Source of the DNA: Chthoniobacteraceae bacterium | Lineage (GTDB): Bacteria; Verrucomicrobiota; Verrucomicrobiia; Chthoniobacterales; Chthoniobacteraceae | DNA: 37,143 bases | NCBI GenBank assembly: GCA_031409335.1 | Contig: JANNWY010000210.1 | Coordinates: forward strand, 1 to 37,143 | Direction: 5' to 3' | Shown: piece after piece, positions 15,001 to 21,026 of the stretch | Position numbering within the stretch: position 1 is the first letter of the stretch | How the letters are laid out: each line of letters opens with the position of its first letter | The notes under the pieces: model-generated | The model's input: the letters and a program-made list of their open reading frames with translations, nothing else | Databases searched by the model: none | What the model was told of the DNA's origin: nothing | Program-made: the position numbers and the translations under genes

Positions 15001-18000
15001 CGACACCCGCGCGATCACGACGGTGCCGTTCGCCTACGACCCGGTCACCGGCAAGCTCGACTTCTACGACGCCGAAAATCCGCGTCCGAAAATCGCCGGC
15101 TTCCTGCTGAATTTCGAATCGTTCGACGCGAACAGCATCCTGATCGAAGACGGCAAGGATTGGATCTTCGGCGACCTCGGCAATGACGCGGTCTTCGGCG
15201 GAACAGGCCAGGACCGGCTCTTCGGCGGATTTGGGGACGACTACCTCCAACTCGATGACAACCTCGAAACGAATGGCGGCCTCAATGACCTGACCGACGA
15301 CGCGCGGGACTGGAACCACACCGCTGGTGCCGGCGACTTTGCCTTCGGCGGCGGCGGACGTGATGTGCTCATCGCGAACACCGGCTACGACCGGATGTTC
15401 GATTGGTCGGGTGAATACAACAGCTTCATCGTGCCGTTCTCGCGGTTTGGAAATCCGACGGTTCAGCGCTTTCCGAACCCGCAAGTTCAGCAATTCCTGC
15501 TCGATCTCGCGCGAGCGGGTGGGGCCGATCAGAGCCTCACCGAGCCGCATGGCGAGGCGGGCTTGACCACGCAGCAGGATCCCGAATTTCACGATCAGCA
15601 AGGCGGGCCGCGCGATCCGCAACCGGGCAACGGTCACGCCGCTTACGATGACGACGGTGGGAAAGAGGACGACACGATCAAGGCTCCGCTCCAGACGATC
15701 CACGGCAGCACACCGACGGGCCGTGGCCGGGGCAATGTTATCACGCCGTCCAGTCTGATCCGGGTTGAGAAAGCCGTGAACGCGGCGAATCCGCTGAACC
15801 CAACCGCCGTCGAGGATGCGGATGATCCTTTCAATCCACGGCTCATGGCGGTCGGCACGGATGTCGTCTGGACTTATCAAGTCTTCAACGACAGCGCCGA
15901 CGGCAGCGCGATCACTAGCGTTTCGCTGGTCGATGACGGTGGCACTTCCACTACTGCGGACGACTTTATCTCGCGTTACCTGAGCGGCGATGTCGATGAA
16001 GACGGCCAGCTCGATGCCAGCGAAGTTTGGCTCTACACCTCGGCGGGCGTGGTGACTTTCCAAGCCGAAGCCGGCCTCTACGGCAACACGGCCACCGTGC
16101 GCGGCACGGATGCCACCGGGAAACCTCTGACGGATACCGACCCTGCTTATCTTTCCGGCATGGGCGCGGGGATTCGCATCGAAAAAGCGGTCAACGCAGC
16201 GAACCCGCTCAACCCGACGACGATCGAAGACGCGGACACCGCGCCGGGCCGCCTTTACACGATTGGAACGCCGGTCGTCTGGACCTATCAGGTCGCGAAC
16301 GACACCGACGTGCCGCTCCACATCACCTCAATCCGTGATGACGCCGGAACCATCGGCTACCTGGCGGACGACTTCACGCCTCTCTACGTGAGCGGCGACA
16401 ACGGAAACAACCTGCTCGATCCGGGCGAAGTGTGGCTTTTCACCTCGGTGGGAGCGCGCGCCTACAGCGTCCTCGCCGGGCAGTATGCGAACCTCGCGAC
16501 TGTGATCGCGGAAACGGTCGGCGGCACGAGTTCGCTGACGGTGAGCGACGACGACGCGGCGTTTCATACCGGCAATACGGTCGGCAATCCCGCCGGGATT
16601 CGTGTGGAGAAAGCGACGAATGCGCTCAACCCGCTCAATCCAACGGCGGCTGAGGACGCGGATAGTCCGCTGGGCGTGGCACTGCCGGTTGGCACGAATG
16701 TCGTGTGGACCTACCTCCTCAGCAATACAGGCGGCGTGCCGCTACAGGTGCAGTCGTTCCTCGACGACGCGGGCACACCAGCCAACGCGGCGGACGACTT
16801 CACACCTGCCCTAGTCTCTGGCGATGCGAACAGCAATGCGCTGCTGGATGTGGGCGAAGTGTGGCTCTACACCTCCGCAGGGGTGAGATCGTATGCGGCG
16901 GCGCAAGGCCAATACGGCAACGTGGCGCATGTGACGGCTAAAACGATCGGTACCGGTGAGACCGTGACTGGCGACGACGCGAGCTATCACTTTGGTTATG
17001 TGCCCGGCCTGGTGCATATCGAGAAGGCAGTCAACGCGCTCAACCCGCTCAACCCGACGGCGGTCGAAGACGCCGACCTGGCACCCGGCCGTGCGTTCGC
17101 CGTGGGCACGAACGTTACCTGGACTTACCTGCTCTCCAATCAAGGGGGAGCGCCTCTGAGCGTGACGTCGGTTCGCGACGATGCCGGCACACCGGCGAAC
17201 CCGGCGGACGATTTCACACCGCTCTACGTGAGCGGGGACGCGAACTCGAACAGCTTGCTGGATGTGGGCGAAGTGTGGCTCTACACGTCCGCGGGCGTGC
17301 GCAGCTACCAGGTCCTCATCGGCCAGTATGGGAACGTGGCGACGGTGACCACATCGACTCAAACCGGCACAGTCGGCTTCGACGACGACGCGGCCTTCCA
17401 CAACGGCACTCCGGTCGTCACCCCGGTCGGCATCCGAGTGGAGAAGGCGACCAATGCGGTGGATCCGCTCCATCCGACCGTGGCCGAAGACGCCGATCAG
17501 CCGCTGGGGCGGGCGCTTCCGGTCGGGACAAGCGTGGTGTGGACGTATCTGCTGACGAACGAAGGCAGCGTCCCGCTGCGGGTCCAGTCCTTCCTCGACG
17601 ACGCCGGCACTCCAGCCAACGCGGCGGACGACTTCACGCCGGCCTTGGTCTCCGGCGATGCGAACAGCAATGCACTTCTCGATGTGGGCGAAGTGTGGCT
17701 CTATACCTCCGCGGGAGTGAGGTCTTATGCGGCGGCGCAAGGTCAATACGGCAACGTGGCGCATGTGACGGCGGCGGCCCTTACCGGCGAAACCGCCAGC
17801 GATGACGACGCCAGCCATCACTTCGGCTACACGCCGGGTCAGGTGCGGATCGAGAAGGCGGTCAATGCGGCGAACCCACTCAACCCGACGGCGGCGGAAG
17901 ACGCCGATCTGGCTCCGGGCCGCGCGCTGCCTGTGGGCGCGAACGTCACCTGGACCTACCTGCTCACCAACGGAGGGAGTGCGCCTTTGACCGTGAACGC

Positions 18001-20233
18001 CATCCGCGACGACGCGGGGACGCCGGGAAATTCGGCGGACGACTTCAGCCCGCTCTACGTCAGCGGGGACGCGAACTCGAACAGCTTGCTGGATGTGGGC
18101 GAGGTGTGGCTCTATTCGTCTGCTGGCGTGCGCAGCTATCAGGTCCTTACCGGCCAGTATGGGAACGTGGCGACGGTGACCGCCACGACGGGAACCGGCA
18201 CGATCGGCTTCGACGACGATGCGGCCTTCCATACCGGCAACGTGGTCGGTATCCGCGTGGAGAAGGCGATCAACGCGGTCAATCCGTTCGCGCCCACGCC
18301 GCTGGAACTCGCGGAAGCGGCGCCTGGCCGGCAGTTGGCGGTGGGCACGTCGGTCGTCTGGACCTATCAAGTCTTCAACAACGGCAGCGCGCCGGTTGCG
18401 GTCACGTCGGTTCGCGATGATGCGGGCACGCCGGCGAACCCGGCCGACGATTTCACGCCGCTGCCGGTCCTGCAAACGGCGACATCCTTCAACATCGGCG
18501 ACAGCGACCGGGACGGCTTGGTCGATACGACCGAAGTGTGGCTCTACACATCGGCTGGTGTCCATGTGGGCACGACGAGCGCCGTCGATTGGGCGCAAGT
18601 CTCCCAGGATGTCATCCGCTTCACCAATACCAGCGCAACGGGCACCGGGTTCACGATTGACCCCGTCAACATTGTGCATGGGGACGATATCTTCACCGGT
18701 GGTAGCACGAAGGACGTCCAAGGTGTCAGCAAATGGCTCTGGAAGACCCACACGCCACAAGACAAGGACGATATCGCGCACGCGTTCGGCTCGGCAGTCG
18801 CCGACGGCACTAGCGGTCACCAACTGCTCTTTGGCGGACTCGACCGCTTCGCTGCCAATGGCAACGCCACGATCGGATTCTGGTTCTTCCAGAACACCGT
18901 CACGAAGGACAGCGACGGGACGTTCAATGGCATTCACAAGGATGGCGACATCCTTCTCGTCGTGGACTTCACCGAGGGTGGTCATGTCAATTCCGTCACC
19001 GGCTACCGCTGGACCGGTTCCGAAACGGCCGGCACACTCGTCGCGCTCAACGCTCCGGCTGGTGCGCTCTTCGCCGATGTTAACACCGGGCCGGTTTCGG
19101 TGCCCTGGAGCTTCAGGGACAAGTGGGGTTTCACGTCACCGCAAGCTGGTGAATTGATCCGCGCCGGCATCGATATGACCGCGATCTTCGGCGCAAACGT
19201 GCCGACCTTCGCGAGTTTCCTCGCGGAAACGCGTTCATCCCAGAGTACGACCGCGACGCTCTCTGACTTCGCGCTCGGCAGCATGGGCAATGTCACGACC
19301 GGTTACCATGTGAAGCCCGGCCAGTATGGCAACGTCGTGACGGTTGCGGCCGTCGATCAGAACGTGGGACTCACGGTCACGGATAGCGACGCGAACTTCC
19401 ACTTCGGCGTCATCCCCGCCGCAAACCTTGGCCAGCAGGGCGATAACCTGCTCCTCACCGGGGCTCAACTGGCGCCAATCACCACCGTTGCATCCATCAC
19501 GAACGCCGACCTCAAGCTCATCACGGCCAGTGCCAAGGCACTCTGGCTGAAGTCAAACCCAAGTGTCGGCCAGGCGCTGCGCAACGTGACCGTCCAAATG
19601 GTCGATCTTCCCGGCAATGAGCTGGGCTGGACTTCTGGCAATACCGTCCTGATCGATATCAATGCTGCCGGCACCGGTTGGTTTAAGGACACGACGCCGC
19701 TGCGTAATAATGAGTTCCTCTCCGTCGCCGGCGAATGGGTTGCGAAAAATGGTAGCGCAGCCAATGGACGGGTGGATCTGCTCACGGTCGTTGCGCACGA
19801 ACTCGGCCATGTGCTTGGTTTGGATCACACGCTGGAGGGCGTTGCGGGTCCGGCCATCATGGAAGACACGATCCAGCCAGGCGTCCGGCGCCTGCCAAGC
19901 GCGCCCGTGAATGAAGCACCGTCGCAGATCATTGAGTCGGCGACGCGCCGGGCGGACTTCACTGACATCCAGCACCTCATCAACCGCTTTGGCCATGAAC
20001 TCCCCGGTGCGGAAACGCACCATAAGGTGTCCGCGTCACCATCTGCGCGCGCGGAAAGCGATCTGACGGCTATCCTTCGAGAGAGCGAATCGCTTTCCAA
20101 TCAACATCACCTGTTTCACGAGCAAGTTCTGATGGCTTCCGGGCGTCGCGATTCGTCCATGGGCCAATCGGTGGCACAGTACCTGGCCGCCCTGAGTAAG
20201 AAGACATTTGATCTCGATCCAGAGGAACAATAA
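2..20233 (+). CDS. Giant RTX-type repetitive surface adhesin/exoprotein (5'-partial, >6,740 aa)
   Basis: Frame is open from position 2 (IKISAEDSSSIAAGAGAASIGAALG...), so the true start lies upstream of the window. Gly/Ala/Ser/Val beta-helix-like repeats (~2-3950, 5350-6400), many GGxGxD nonapeptides, Calx-beta-like and DUF11-like repeats, C-terminal HELGHVLGLDH. Confidence 0.93.
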   Translation: MKISAEDSSSIAAGAGAASIGAALGGAGLSVSVGAAVAYNEVNNDIAAYVLDANTGLISTTGDIDISAHTLGKHLFNLNVAGLAFTVAELDDAAAVDLDNSNTPADEALADRTGDAATVTKIRNVFSANGVSLSSNTSVIGQTAGGEWLVTDRDSGQTYVLVLDGGQIKVSASTISATTVAASVSVAIGALGGISLSGAGASAQNVVLSKTNAYAERSVLDSAGEVSVDALSSSGITSVVVAASASVAAGGLGVGVSIGAAIAENVIGYNGGTKQPAQVQAYLKDSSVDAEGDIVLTATSAQHINSGTGAGSAAIVGGAVGIAASGSGANAMNRIATDVKAFINGSGANGVIGDSIELTAQDESTIKATTASVSIAAAVGIVGTSLSIGVSLAENIIDNDVEAKIENATSVESRAGGEIGLTADEKSSIKAVAVAVSVAVGGGGLGVGLSGAGAHAQNVILGKTEAYISNSVVDSGGAVDLDASNTADIDASIVAVSAAVGVGAIGGAVAIGVSLAENLIGWNQNASMLGNYTTADNPTLVLPNQTVKITAGVEAGRVYRYIGSSPYVKGDSNTGNGGDGYLARADFADTTKWRRVDLQASGGEVRAYTLSSVIDATGALTLDAISNQTIDANVTSVAVALAGGLVGGTAAGAGSRSENRIAMTVEATIDGDGANGIEASSIRLNADDTSRITADTASASVALTLAPVGIAVAIAASNAINDIGNTVRAEIIHADTLVKARSGAVELIADESATINAFAVASSTALSTLGSASGGGAGAVNTISSTIEAKIADDSVVTGFGNVRVSATDSSTITANLPVVSISGGLIALAGAVSYTRNLIDTTIDAHITDATAISTGGSVLVQADSTATVSASTLSVAVAAGIGAAISVSEARVEIGGHTQAFLGAGADVNALLGDVRVTSTSVASAKADMRSGSGSIGVSVDSLSGDAIITQATRAFVGDATVDAQNVVVQTSTATPSKKATRTAEAWMTVGTVGLVGTAVAKANAQITGATEAYIGSGADINATGGVTVAADSVARATADARGGAGGGVAIAVFGGETSVTGATRAFVGESAAITADTLTVSAEGDADALTTMLTVGIGLVGVGVADGTAITNAPVTAFVGPEFTATPGAARTTIDATGTVSITATSSQFAKASSEGGAGGLVGGAGMYAKARAQGDTKAFLGNNVLVEKAGELEVKAESKGAAANARTLAGTGGFISVGVTGSVSESTPSVDAYIGADADITTIKKVGATGNVSVTSLGRGESDANAEAWGGGVVQVGAARAESTVSPIATATVGVRSEITAGGNVTVRGELTTTPSAQPPSDLIQSVNAGNDTLRFDFPLTTGDVVQYTGPNAGLKTGREYYALVDATTPNTIRLGSQFDPTKVDAVRDEIVFDRPHNLVDGDRIRYNADGSLSVLASWQSVPANQLFVVRSVYLDAAKTQVDPVRIKLQRDGEVQGPAVSIDGSINSATNVITGGASLSDGQVVTYRAGKAASFFTESVDVNVIDRTYTDANGNSQTGKDIDRNLDANGQPTSGKHFAGQQNIFMANHGFGTGDAVTYRQLGTGSTIGLEGGGSLVDGQTYFVIAVDANQIKLANSYYEAVGRVFDARGSGADDDILAIAQTPLALAPSLDTDDPDDPTDINEQATQHSLSRNVGGLNDGQSYYVVKNASLPAGTFGLSATRGGGLVDLESATKVDVFQRNGAFVETRTFNNRTGPHTVGTEGLDLVAGTKTPADPSDTLYIDLTGAESGRLLGPGGATLDSVSPPPGDGKSGATGKGGGGGGFEFTFPSGQMTSNATATGSVGSQSHIIAGGSVTIQSIGASYASSYGDTAGGGFLSVGEAHADTLAGNSTALTTSASVGNNAIIVAGDDFTLSADSNHQAFATARSSGGGFVSGKIAETTTRLNYSTTSTIGTNANIVAGDGARVHATSQTTAKTDSDTYVLAVGAGADSDNTNDDRGVDLDALTQTQIGGGSTLSAGTVDIDAKVTMINADAHAKARAFSPIFFGLVTAFANARVQVDSTVQSLIFGNLGGPSTEIRGTRGVDVQARHLIFAPDDFLGRGINRDADALAVALIPPQGEYAEGDTNLHSKVDADAGVVFHVAPRLGGEGNLDSRAGFDLALFVESGLSTDSGVSAKDRLIQWDADVVISAGPNPELIIDKDGNVVRAININYSIDPTTGDITVADIWNNDDSGDVVFEAKASDANDGKITQQSNAVTNGHFWGTFFYRDSFEEVRITNESRGDLILNNIDLVHSNGSPRVYLDTQPGGGESGGPNATGGDTVTMQFDIVHLTAPSLIDIKNLNKHTNAATNPSDIILKGTGLAAFPGAAGIENPIGETRILTTLGDIKAFSTGVEIRTQTLGDPNALVRTKDFERLATAFYQGGVAFAAASVAGPATMSRIDGGSWTDLVAVGGLIKVNGDAQNAGVYQVAAISANGQTLTLNTLAALVTKTATVTVSRFHGIEATAGDVGTDALPIRVELVQSSAGEETLYAKAGSDIYLDIMGRLRQTLVGTTFTVDIGVITAGADANVKMREAVVEDGSYAGTGISVRVPSENGFANYVAFNNFFRPNGGQPAGITTPELSGREVVSVVNAPEIDSTLDFGLIEAGSHIRIAALDSTAPDGDTHVINVLGTSNIKSGGQFVDIVTNGFIGTTAKPWRELVAVDPADGNDLRIGSIRSTADDVVLLAPRGFVDADAADNDATSVADVSGINITLTALTGGVGTTANFLETDLVDVVGGTLRAGVKTGALTVSSTLGAYVDEVAGDLRVNTVVSREGNVTLSTRSGSIVDANAETRTDRDGRVVDRPNIEAINVDLQAIGGGIGIPDDDLDIDTGVANGVRTVGRLYAESEQSVYITESQFELNVLAVTSTSGEVRLTVPDTSLTPVMPRGEPTLATQLAEDLILLTNGSKLVDQNATTTLNHAEITAALAINLWIGDNFVTRANSVVRAGTTLTVRGDNRRQRVGGVDVPEAANADPDFGTNMDLRGTFDAGNSDRAIKFHGHTDVDLITFNETFLQADTAVYGSQNVSASLANDGEDEFLVNLLQTMNVAGGETLTLDGQADTDKYRVNTTGSHGAERNYVINVLDTGAKNDGIDDLGIFGVESTLNGPEDPSDDIFLLRRVNNIPNPQLGVPEAADTPAFVALLHGTLDQARIASANSADRPQGVQRVNYDANVNGRLSVFGLGGNDAFISDDNAAVTTLDGGAGNDQFQIGQIFGTQRNEIFGGVAAGDVFDTIGTTRGYLSRGNTAPIVAQGGTGDDAFTVYSNQAELRLEGDSGNDLFVVRAFALAETNPDGTIKVGADGVAIPKLTGVSTAQQTNVLPGQGDDQIQYNVNAPVSIDGGTGFDKVLVLGTEFADNFVISEDGVFGAGINVRYDNVEVIEIDGLEGDDDFFVISTPFGVVTRLVGGLGSDTFNVMGDVTDQIVTRELEGGNGIINHQVTSTTDAGYDGLLAPGINLNVTTPKQGVIAIEETNGSTNVREGALSNVDPYTVRLTQPVAPGTRVYVTVTASRSGQEEAGAGGDTMLVSTDPGLFTRGVPVNGTTETVRNRAIVLTFDETNWMVPQTVYVRAAEDSLAEGSRVVTMNHAVSAQIMTPAAPGDTAAVAAQQTTFATYNLVAVRNVEVTVLDDDAAGLIVTESDGGTLVLEGNAVQGITDTYNVQLAKAPAAGTTVTVKLAFDAAQVTLSQSTIVFDSTNWNTPVAITVSATDDAKREDRKVSVITQTIDKTVAGRDTSFDNVVSQLDVEVLDNDTPGVLVRESNGATLVSKDGTTITDTYTVRLTSAPAGAVTIALVTGGQASATPTPLTFDPSNWWIDQTVTVAGNPSFVPQPGTEDVKEFAAQPHTLSSLRGPLEIEGGVVGPRALLQAVILPGELNGPLLQIGVQPDEKGQIDTLNVFDDSSLEEKVGTLTGTHLGGLEMAGDLVFPNGTAFGEPTTFAGGITYGSVNASGVPSSRIEVLNIMLGSGNDRLNITSTLSTDADHGGVTVVHGGGNSLVNGVIGGDTIVATGGGGTNSLLVIYGDTSQDASWYNGVPQAAGRGDTLLLGAKPFDQVGTADDFFRFPRANPYDFAGNDIIDTSALFVGVPEVNLPTIGAIIYGGAGNDIIRGSQAGDQIAGGSGNDTIFANGGLDHVYGDSGFNVDVIGNTVALANRALSVAERLRLAGPVLTVPTSNASTAFNADGLIAGNDLIFGATGDDVIFGDHGIITQVVETAAPIFPATLKIRTTREITDIRTAQPANGGNDEIHGQVGIDRILGGNGNDDITGDSDRDVIFGDHGFINYVLGDANLATLDIVQSLDPAFGGNDTISGGDAEDLIFGGLGNDAITAGAAIDIVFGDHGVIDYAVGIASLSVGDGNSSTLDRIQTLFPTFGGLDDIRGDGADDLIIGGTASDKIQGNAGDDLIFGDHGLIERRSFGNIQPNLLPLDGTLPANDPFVFTSLFTQLGDLGDADLIYGDDEIASDPNTPNETNRVLASDGEDIILGQQGADVIYGGGKDDDIIGGHNVAEGYDANQSLGRTGPQGDRIDGGSGFDVIAGDNASILRRNDAISARMRTLTGPTLYDANGNALADATFRADPRKVVAGAETREIVILDHAATTSANFFGDDYIAGGGNDDEIFGQLGNDIIQGDGSIGPVNAPTQFRAGRFPDGSLNVAVSFESRATDGDDYIEAGGGNDVVFGNLGQDDIVGGSSSFFGLNTPAQRPDGDDILFGGAGTRIDRYELGQGGNSVPNTIAEHAFDADVILGDNGNILTLVNNAAPNPNLIVGGNLALMGGTLDSLTITADGTLTLSAGGGFLTFNYDQSSDIGSNATAPRDPQNRGSERVIPRVYQLLDYTLGNDSVGIGGSDLIKGEDSDDIIHGMRGNDVLYGDGWDDDIYGGTGSDKIFGGSGEDGIVADDGVIKTSRNGTAEPLHGVVASSQTLIELPSPFTGAVVDITGLIKKTVDLLAWESGGTDVVYGGLGDDFLHGGAGDDAISGAEALPNFFNDTRAITTVPFAYDPVTGKLDFYDAENPRPKIAGFLLNFESFDANSILIEDGKDWIFGDLGNDAVFGGTGQDRLFGGFGDDYLQLDDNLETNGGLNDLTDDARDWNHTAGAGDFAFGGGGRDVLIANTGYDRMFDWSGEYNSFIVPFSRFGNPTVQRFPNPQVQQFLLDLARAGGADQSLTEPHGEAGLTTQQDPEFHDQQGGPRDPQPGNGHAAYDDDGGKEDDTIKAPLQTIHGSTPTGRGRGNVITPSSLIRVEKAVNAANPLNPTAVEDADDPFNPRLMAVGTDVVWTYQVFNDSADGSAITSVSLVDDGGTSTTADDFISRYLSGDVDEDGQLDASEVWLYTSAGVVTFQAEAGLYGNTATVRGTDATGKPLTDTDPAYLSGMGAGIRIEKAVNAANPLNPTTIEDADTAPGRLYTIGTPVVWTYQVANDTDVPLHITSIRDDAGTIGYLADDFTPLYVSGDNGNNLLDPGEVWLFTSVGARAYSVLAGQYANLATVIAETVGGTSSLTVSDDDAAFHTGNTVGNPAGIRVEKATNALNPLNPTAAEDADSPLGVALPVGTNVVWTYLLSNTGGVPLQVQSFLDDAGTPANAADDFTPALVSGDANSNALLDVGEVWLYTSAGVRSYAAAQGQYGNVAHVTAKTIGTGETVTGDDASYHFGYVPGLVHIEKAVNALNPLNPTAVEDADLAPGRAFAVGTNVTWTYLLSNQGGAPLSVTSVRDDAGTPANPADDFTPLYVSGDANSNSLLDVGEVWLYTSAGVRSYQVLIGQYGNVATVTTSTQTGTVGFDDDAAFHNGTPVVTPVGIRVEKATNAVDPLHPTVAEDADQPLGRALPVGTSVVWTYLLTNEGSVPLRVQSFLDDAGTPANAADDFTPALVSGDANSNALLDVGEVWLYTSAGVRSYAAAQGQYGNVAHVTAAALTGETASDDDASHHFGYTPGQVRIEKAVNAANPLNPTAAEDADLAPGRALPVGANVTWTYLLTNGGSAPLTVNAIRDDAGTPGNSADDFSPLYVSGDANSNSLLDVGEVWLYSSAGVRSYQVLTGQYGNVATVTATTGTGTIGFDDDAAFHTGNVVGIRVEKAINAVNPFAPTPLELAEAAPGRQLAVGTSVVWTYQVFNNGSAPVAVTSVRDDAGTPANPADDFTPLPVLQTATSFNIGDSDRDGLVDTTEVWLYTSAGVHVGTTSAVDWAQVSQDVIRFTNTSATGTGFTIDPVNIVHGDDIFTGGSTKDVQGVSKWLWKTHTPQDKDDIAHAFGSAVADGTSGHQLLFGGLDRFAANGNATIGFWFFQNTVTKDSDGTFNGIHKDGDILLVVDFTEGGHVNSVTGYRWTGSETAGTLVALNAPAGALFADVNTGPVSVPWSFRDKWGFTSPQAGELIRAGIDMTAIFGANVPTFASFLAETRSSQSTTATLSDFALGSMGNVTTGYHVKPGQYGNVVTVAAVDQNVGLTVTDSDANFHFGVIPAANLGQQGDNLLLTGAQLAPITTVASITNADLKLITASAKALWLKSNPSVGQALRNVTVQMVDLPGNELGWTSGNTVLIDINAAGTGWFKDTTPLRNNEFLSVAGEWVAKNGSAANGRVDLLTVVAHELGHVLGLDHTLEGVAGPAIMEDTIQPGVRRLPSAPVNEAPSQIIESATRRADFTDIQHLINRFGHELPGAETHHKVSASPSARAESDLTAILRESESLSNQHHLFHEQVLMASGRRDSSMGQSVAQYLAALSKKTFDLDPEEQ
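3980..5100 (+). repeat. Degenerate 'HGLxTGDxVxY...GLxxGxxYYV' repeats in the giant protein (FCCH/phage-tail-like beta modules)
   Basis: FPLTTGDVVQY..GLKTGREYY; HNLVDGDRIRY; LSDGQVVTY; HGFGTGDAVTY..LVDGQTYFV; GLNDGQSYYV. Confidence 0.55.
10430..11510 (+). repeat. Three Calx-beta/Ig-like repeats in the giant protein
   Basis: Units start GVIAIEETNGSTNVREG, GLIVTESDGGTLVLEG and GVLVRESNGATLVSKDG. Each has YxVxL...P and FDxxNW..QTV-like motifs; the first two end in V.VLDxD. Confidence 0.7.
11900..15400 (+). repeat. Hemolysin-type (RTX) Ca2+-binding nonapeptide region
   Basis: Numerous GGAGNDII, GGSGNDTI, GGNGNDDI, GGLGNDAI, GGGGNDVV and GGAGDDAI motifs; further copies near 9570-10290. Confidence 0.9.
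15758..19410 (+). repeat. Seven tandem ~138-aa DUF11/DUF7507-like Ig repeats (7th interrupted by an insert)
   Basis: Units start near 15758, 16172, 16598, 17012, 17432, 17843 and 18251. Consensus IRVEKAxNA.NP..PT..EDAD...VGTxVVWTY...DDAGT...DDFTP..VSGD.N...LD.GEVWLYTS.G...GQYGN.A.V. Confidence 0.88.
19796..19828 (+). other. Metzincin (matrixin-like) zinc-binding motif of the giant protein
   Basis: DLLTVVA-HELGHVLGLDH, followed by a Met-turn-like IMEDT. Confidence 0.8.
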
Positions 20234-20326
20234 CGGCCCGTAGAGGCGATCATCGCTCGTTGAACAAATCTTATGCGCACCCGCAAAACTCCGCCATCAC
20301 GCAAGGCGGCATCCCCCGATACTTTT

Positions 20327-20668
20327 ATGTCCACCGAAACCAGCAAACCCACTGAAACCCAAACCGAAAATGCCAACCCGGAGTCCGCAGGCGCGAAAGC
20401 GCCCGCTGGTCCCCGCCTGCGCCTCGACGATTCTGCGATTAAAAGCAGTTACGCCAACTTCGCAAACGCCACCAGCACACGAGAGGAAACCGTCCTGATG
20501 TTTGGAATGCTGCAAGGCTATAACCGCGTCCAGAATGAGATTCCTGTCCAACTCAACGATCGCATCGTCATGAGCCCCTTCGTCGCGCGGCGACTGTCCA
20601 GAATGCTCGTCAACCTTCTCCAAAACTACGAAGCGCGATTTGGTCCGCTGGGGGAAGAAGGTCAGTAA
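20327..20668 (+). CDS. DUF3467-like protein
   Basis: DDSAIKSSYANFANATSTREETVLMFG...RIVMSPFVARRL...YEARFGPL resembles DUF3467. Start could alternatively be 20273. Confidence 0.8.
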   Translation: MSTETSKPTETQTENANPESAGAKAPAGPRLRLDDSAIKSSYANFANATSTREETVLMFGMLQGYNRVQNEIPVQLNDRIVMSPFVARRLSRMLVNLLQNYEARFGPLGEEGQ

Positions 20669-20716
20669 GTTCTGAGCCATCGTCGTCGCGTCTCATCGAA
20701 TAGCCACCAATCTCTG

Positions 20717-20747
20717 GCAATTGACACTCCTGTGGAGTGCCGATTGC
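20717..20747. terminator. Hairpin downstream of the DUF3467 gene (possible terminator/pause)
   Basis: GCAATTGACACTCC-TGT-GGAGTGCCGATTGC: 14-bp stem with 1 mismatch and 1 G-T pair; no U-tract. Confidence 0.3.
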
Positions 20748-21026
20748 AATATCAGTAGTTTGATCCTGCGGCGGACTCGAAGGAACGCTCGCTTGCACTT
20801 GGATGAGGCAGTTGCGTGATCGCTACGTTTGCGGCGACGCGACGAAGTTACAGTTCGGACGATTCGGTTCGTCGTTGACGGGGTGGTTGCACATTACGTC
20901 GGGCGCTTTCCATCTGTCCGTTACGCGGCGCAGCAGTCGCGTGTTCGCGCGAAGTCGTCGTCCGGGCCGCTAGGCCAGATGTATCAGTTCATGCGTGAGC
21001 GTGAGGTTGTCTTTTACAGAACCAGT

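Noticed and set aside
731..18985. Many long minus-strand ORFs opposite the giant gene
   Set aside because: Shadow ORFs caused by high-GC codon bias; no protein-like motifs.
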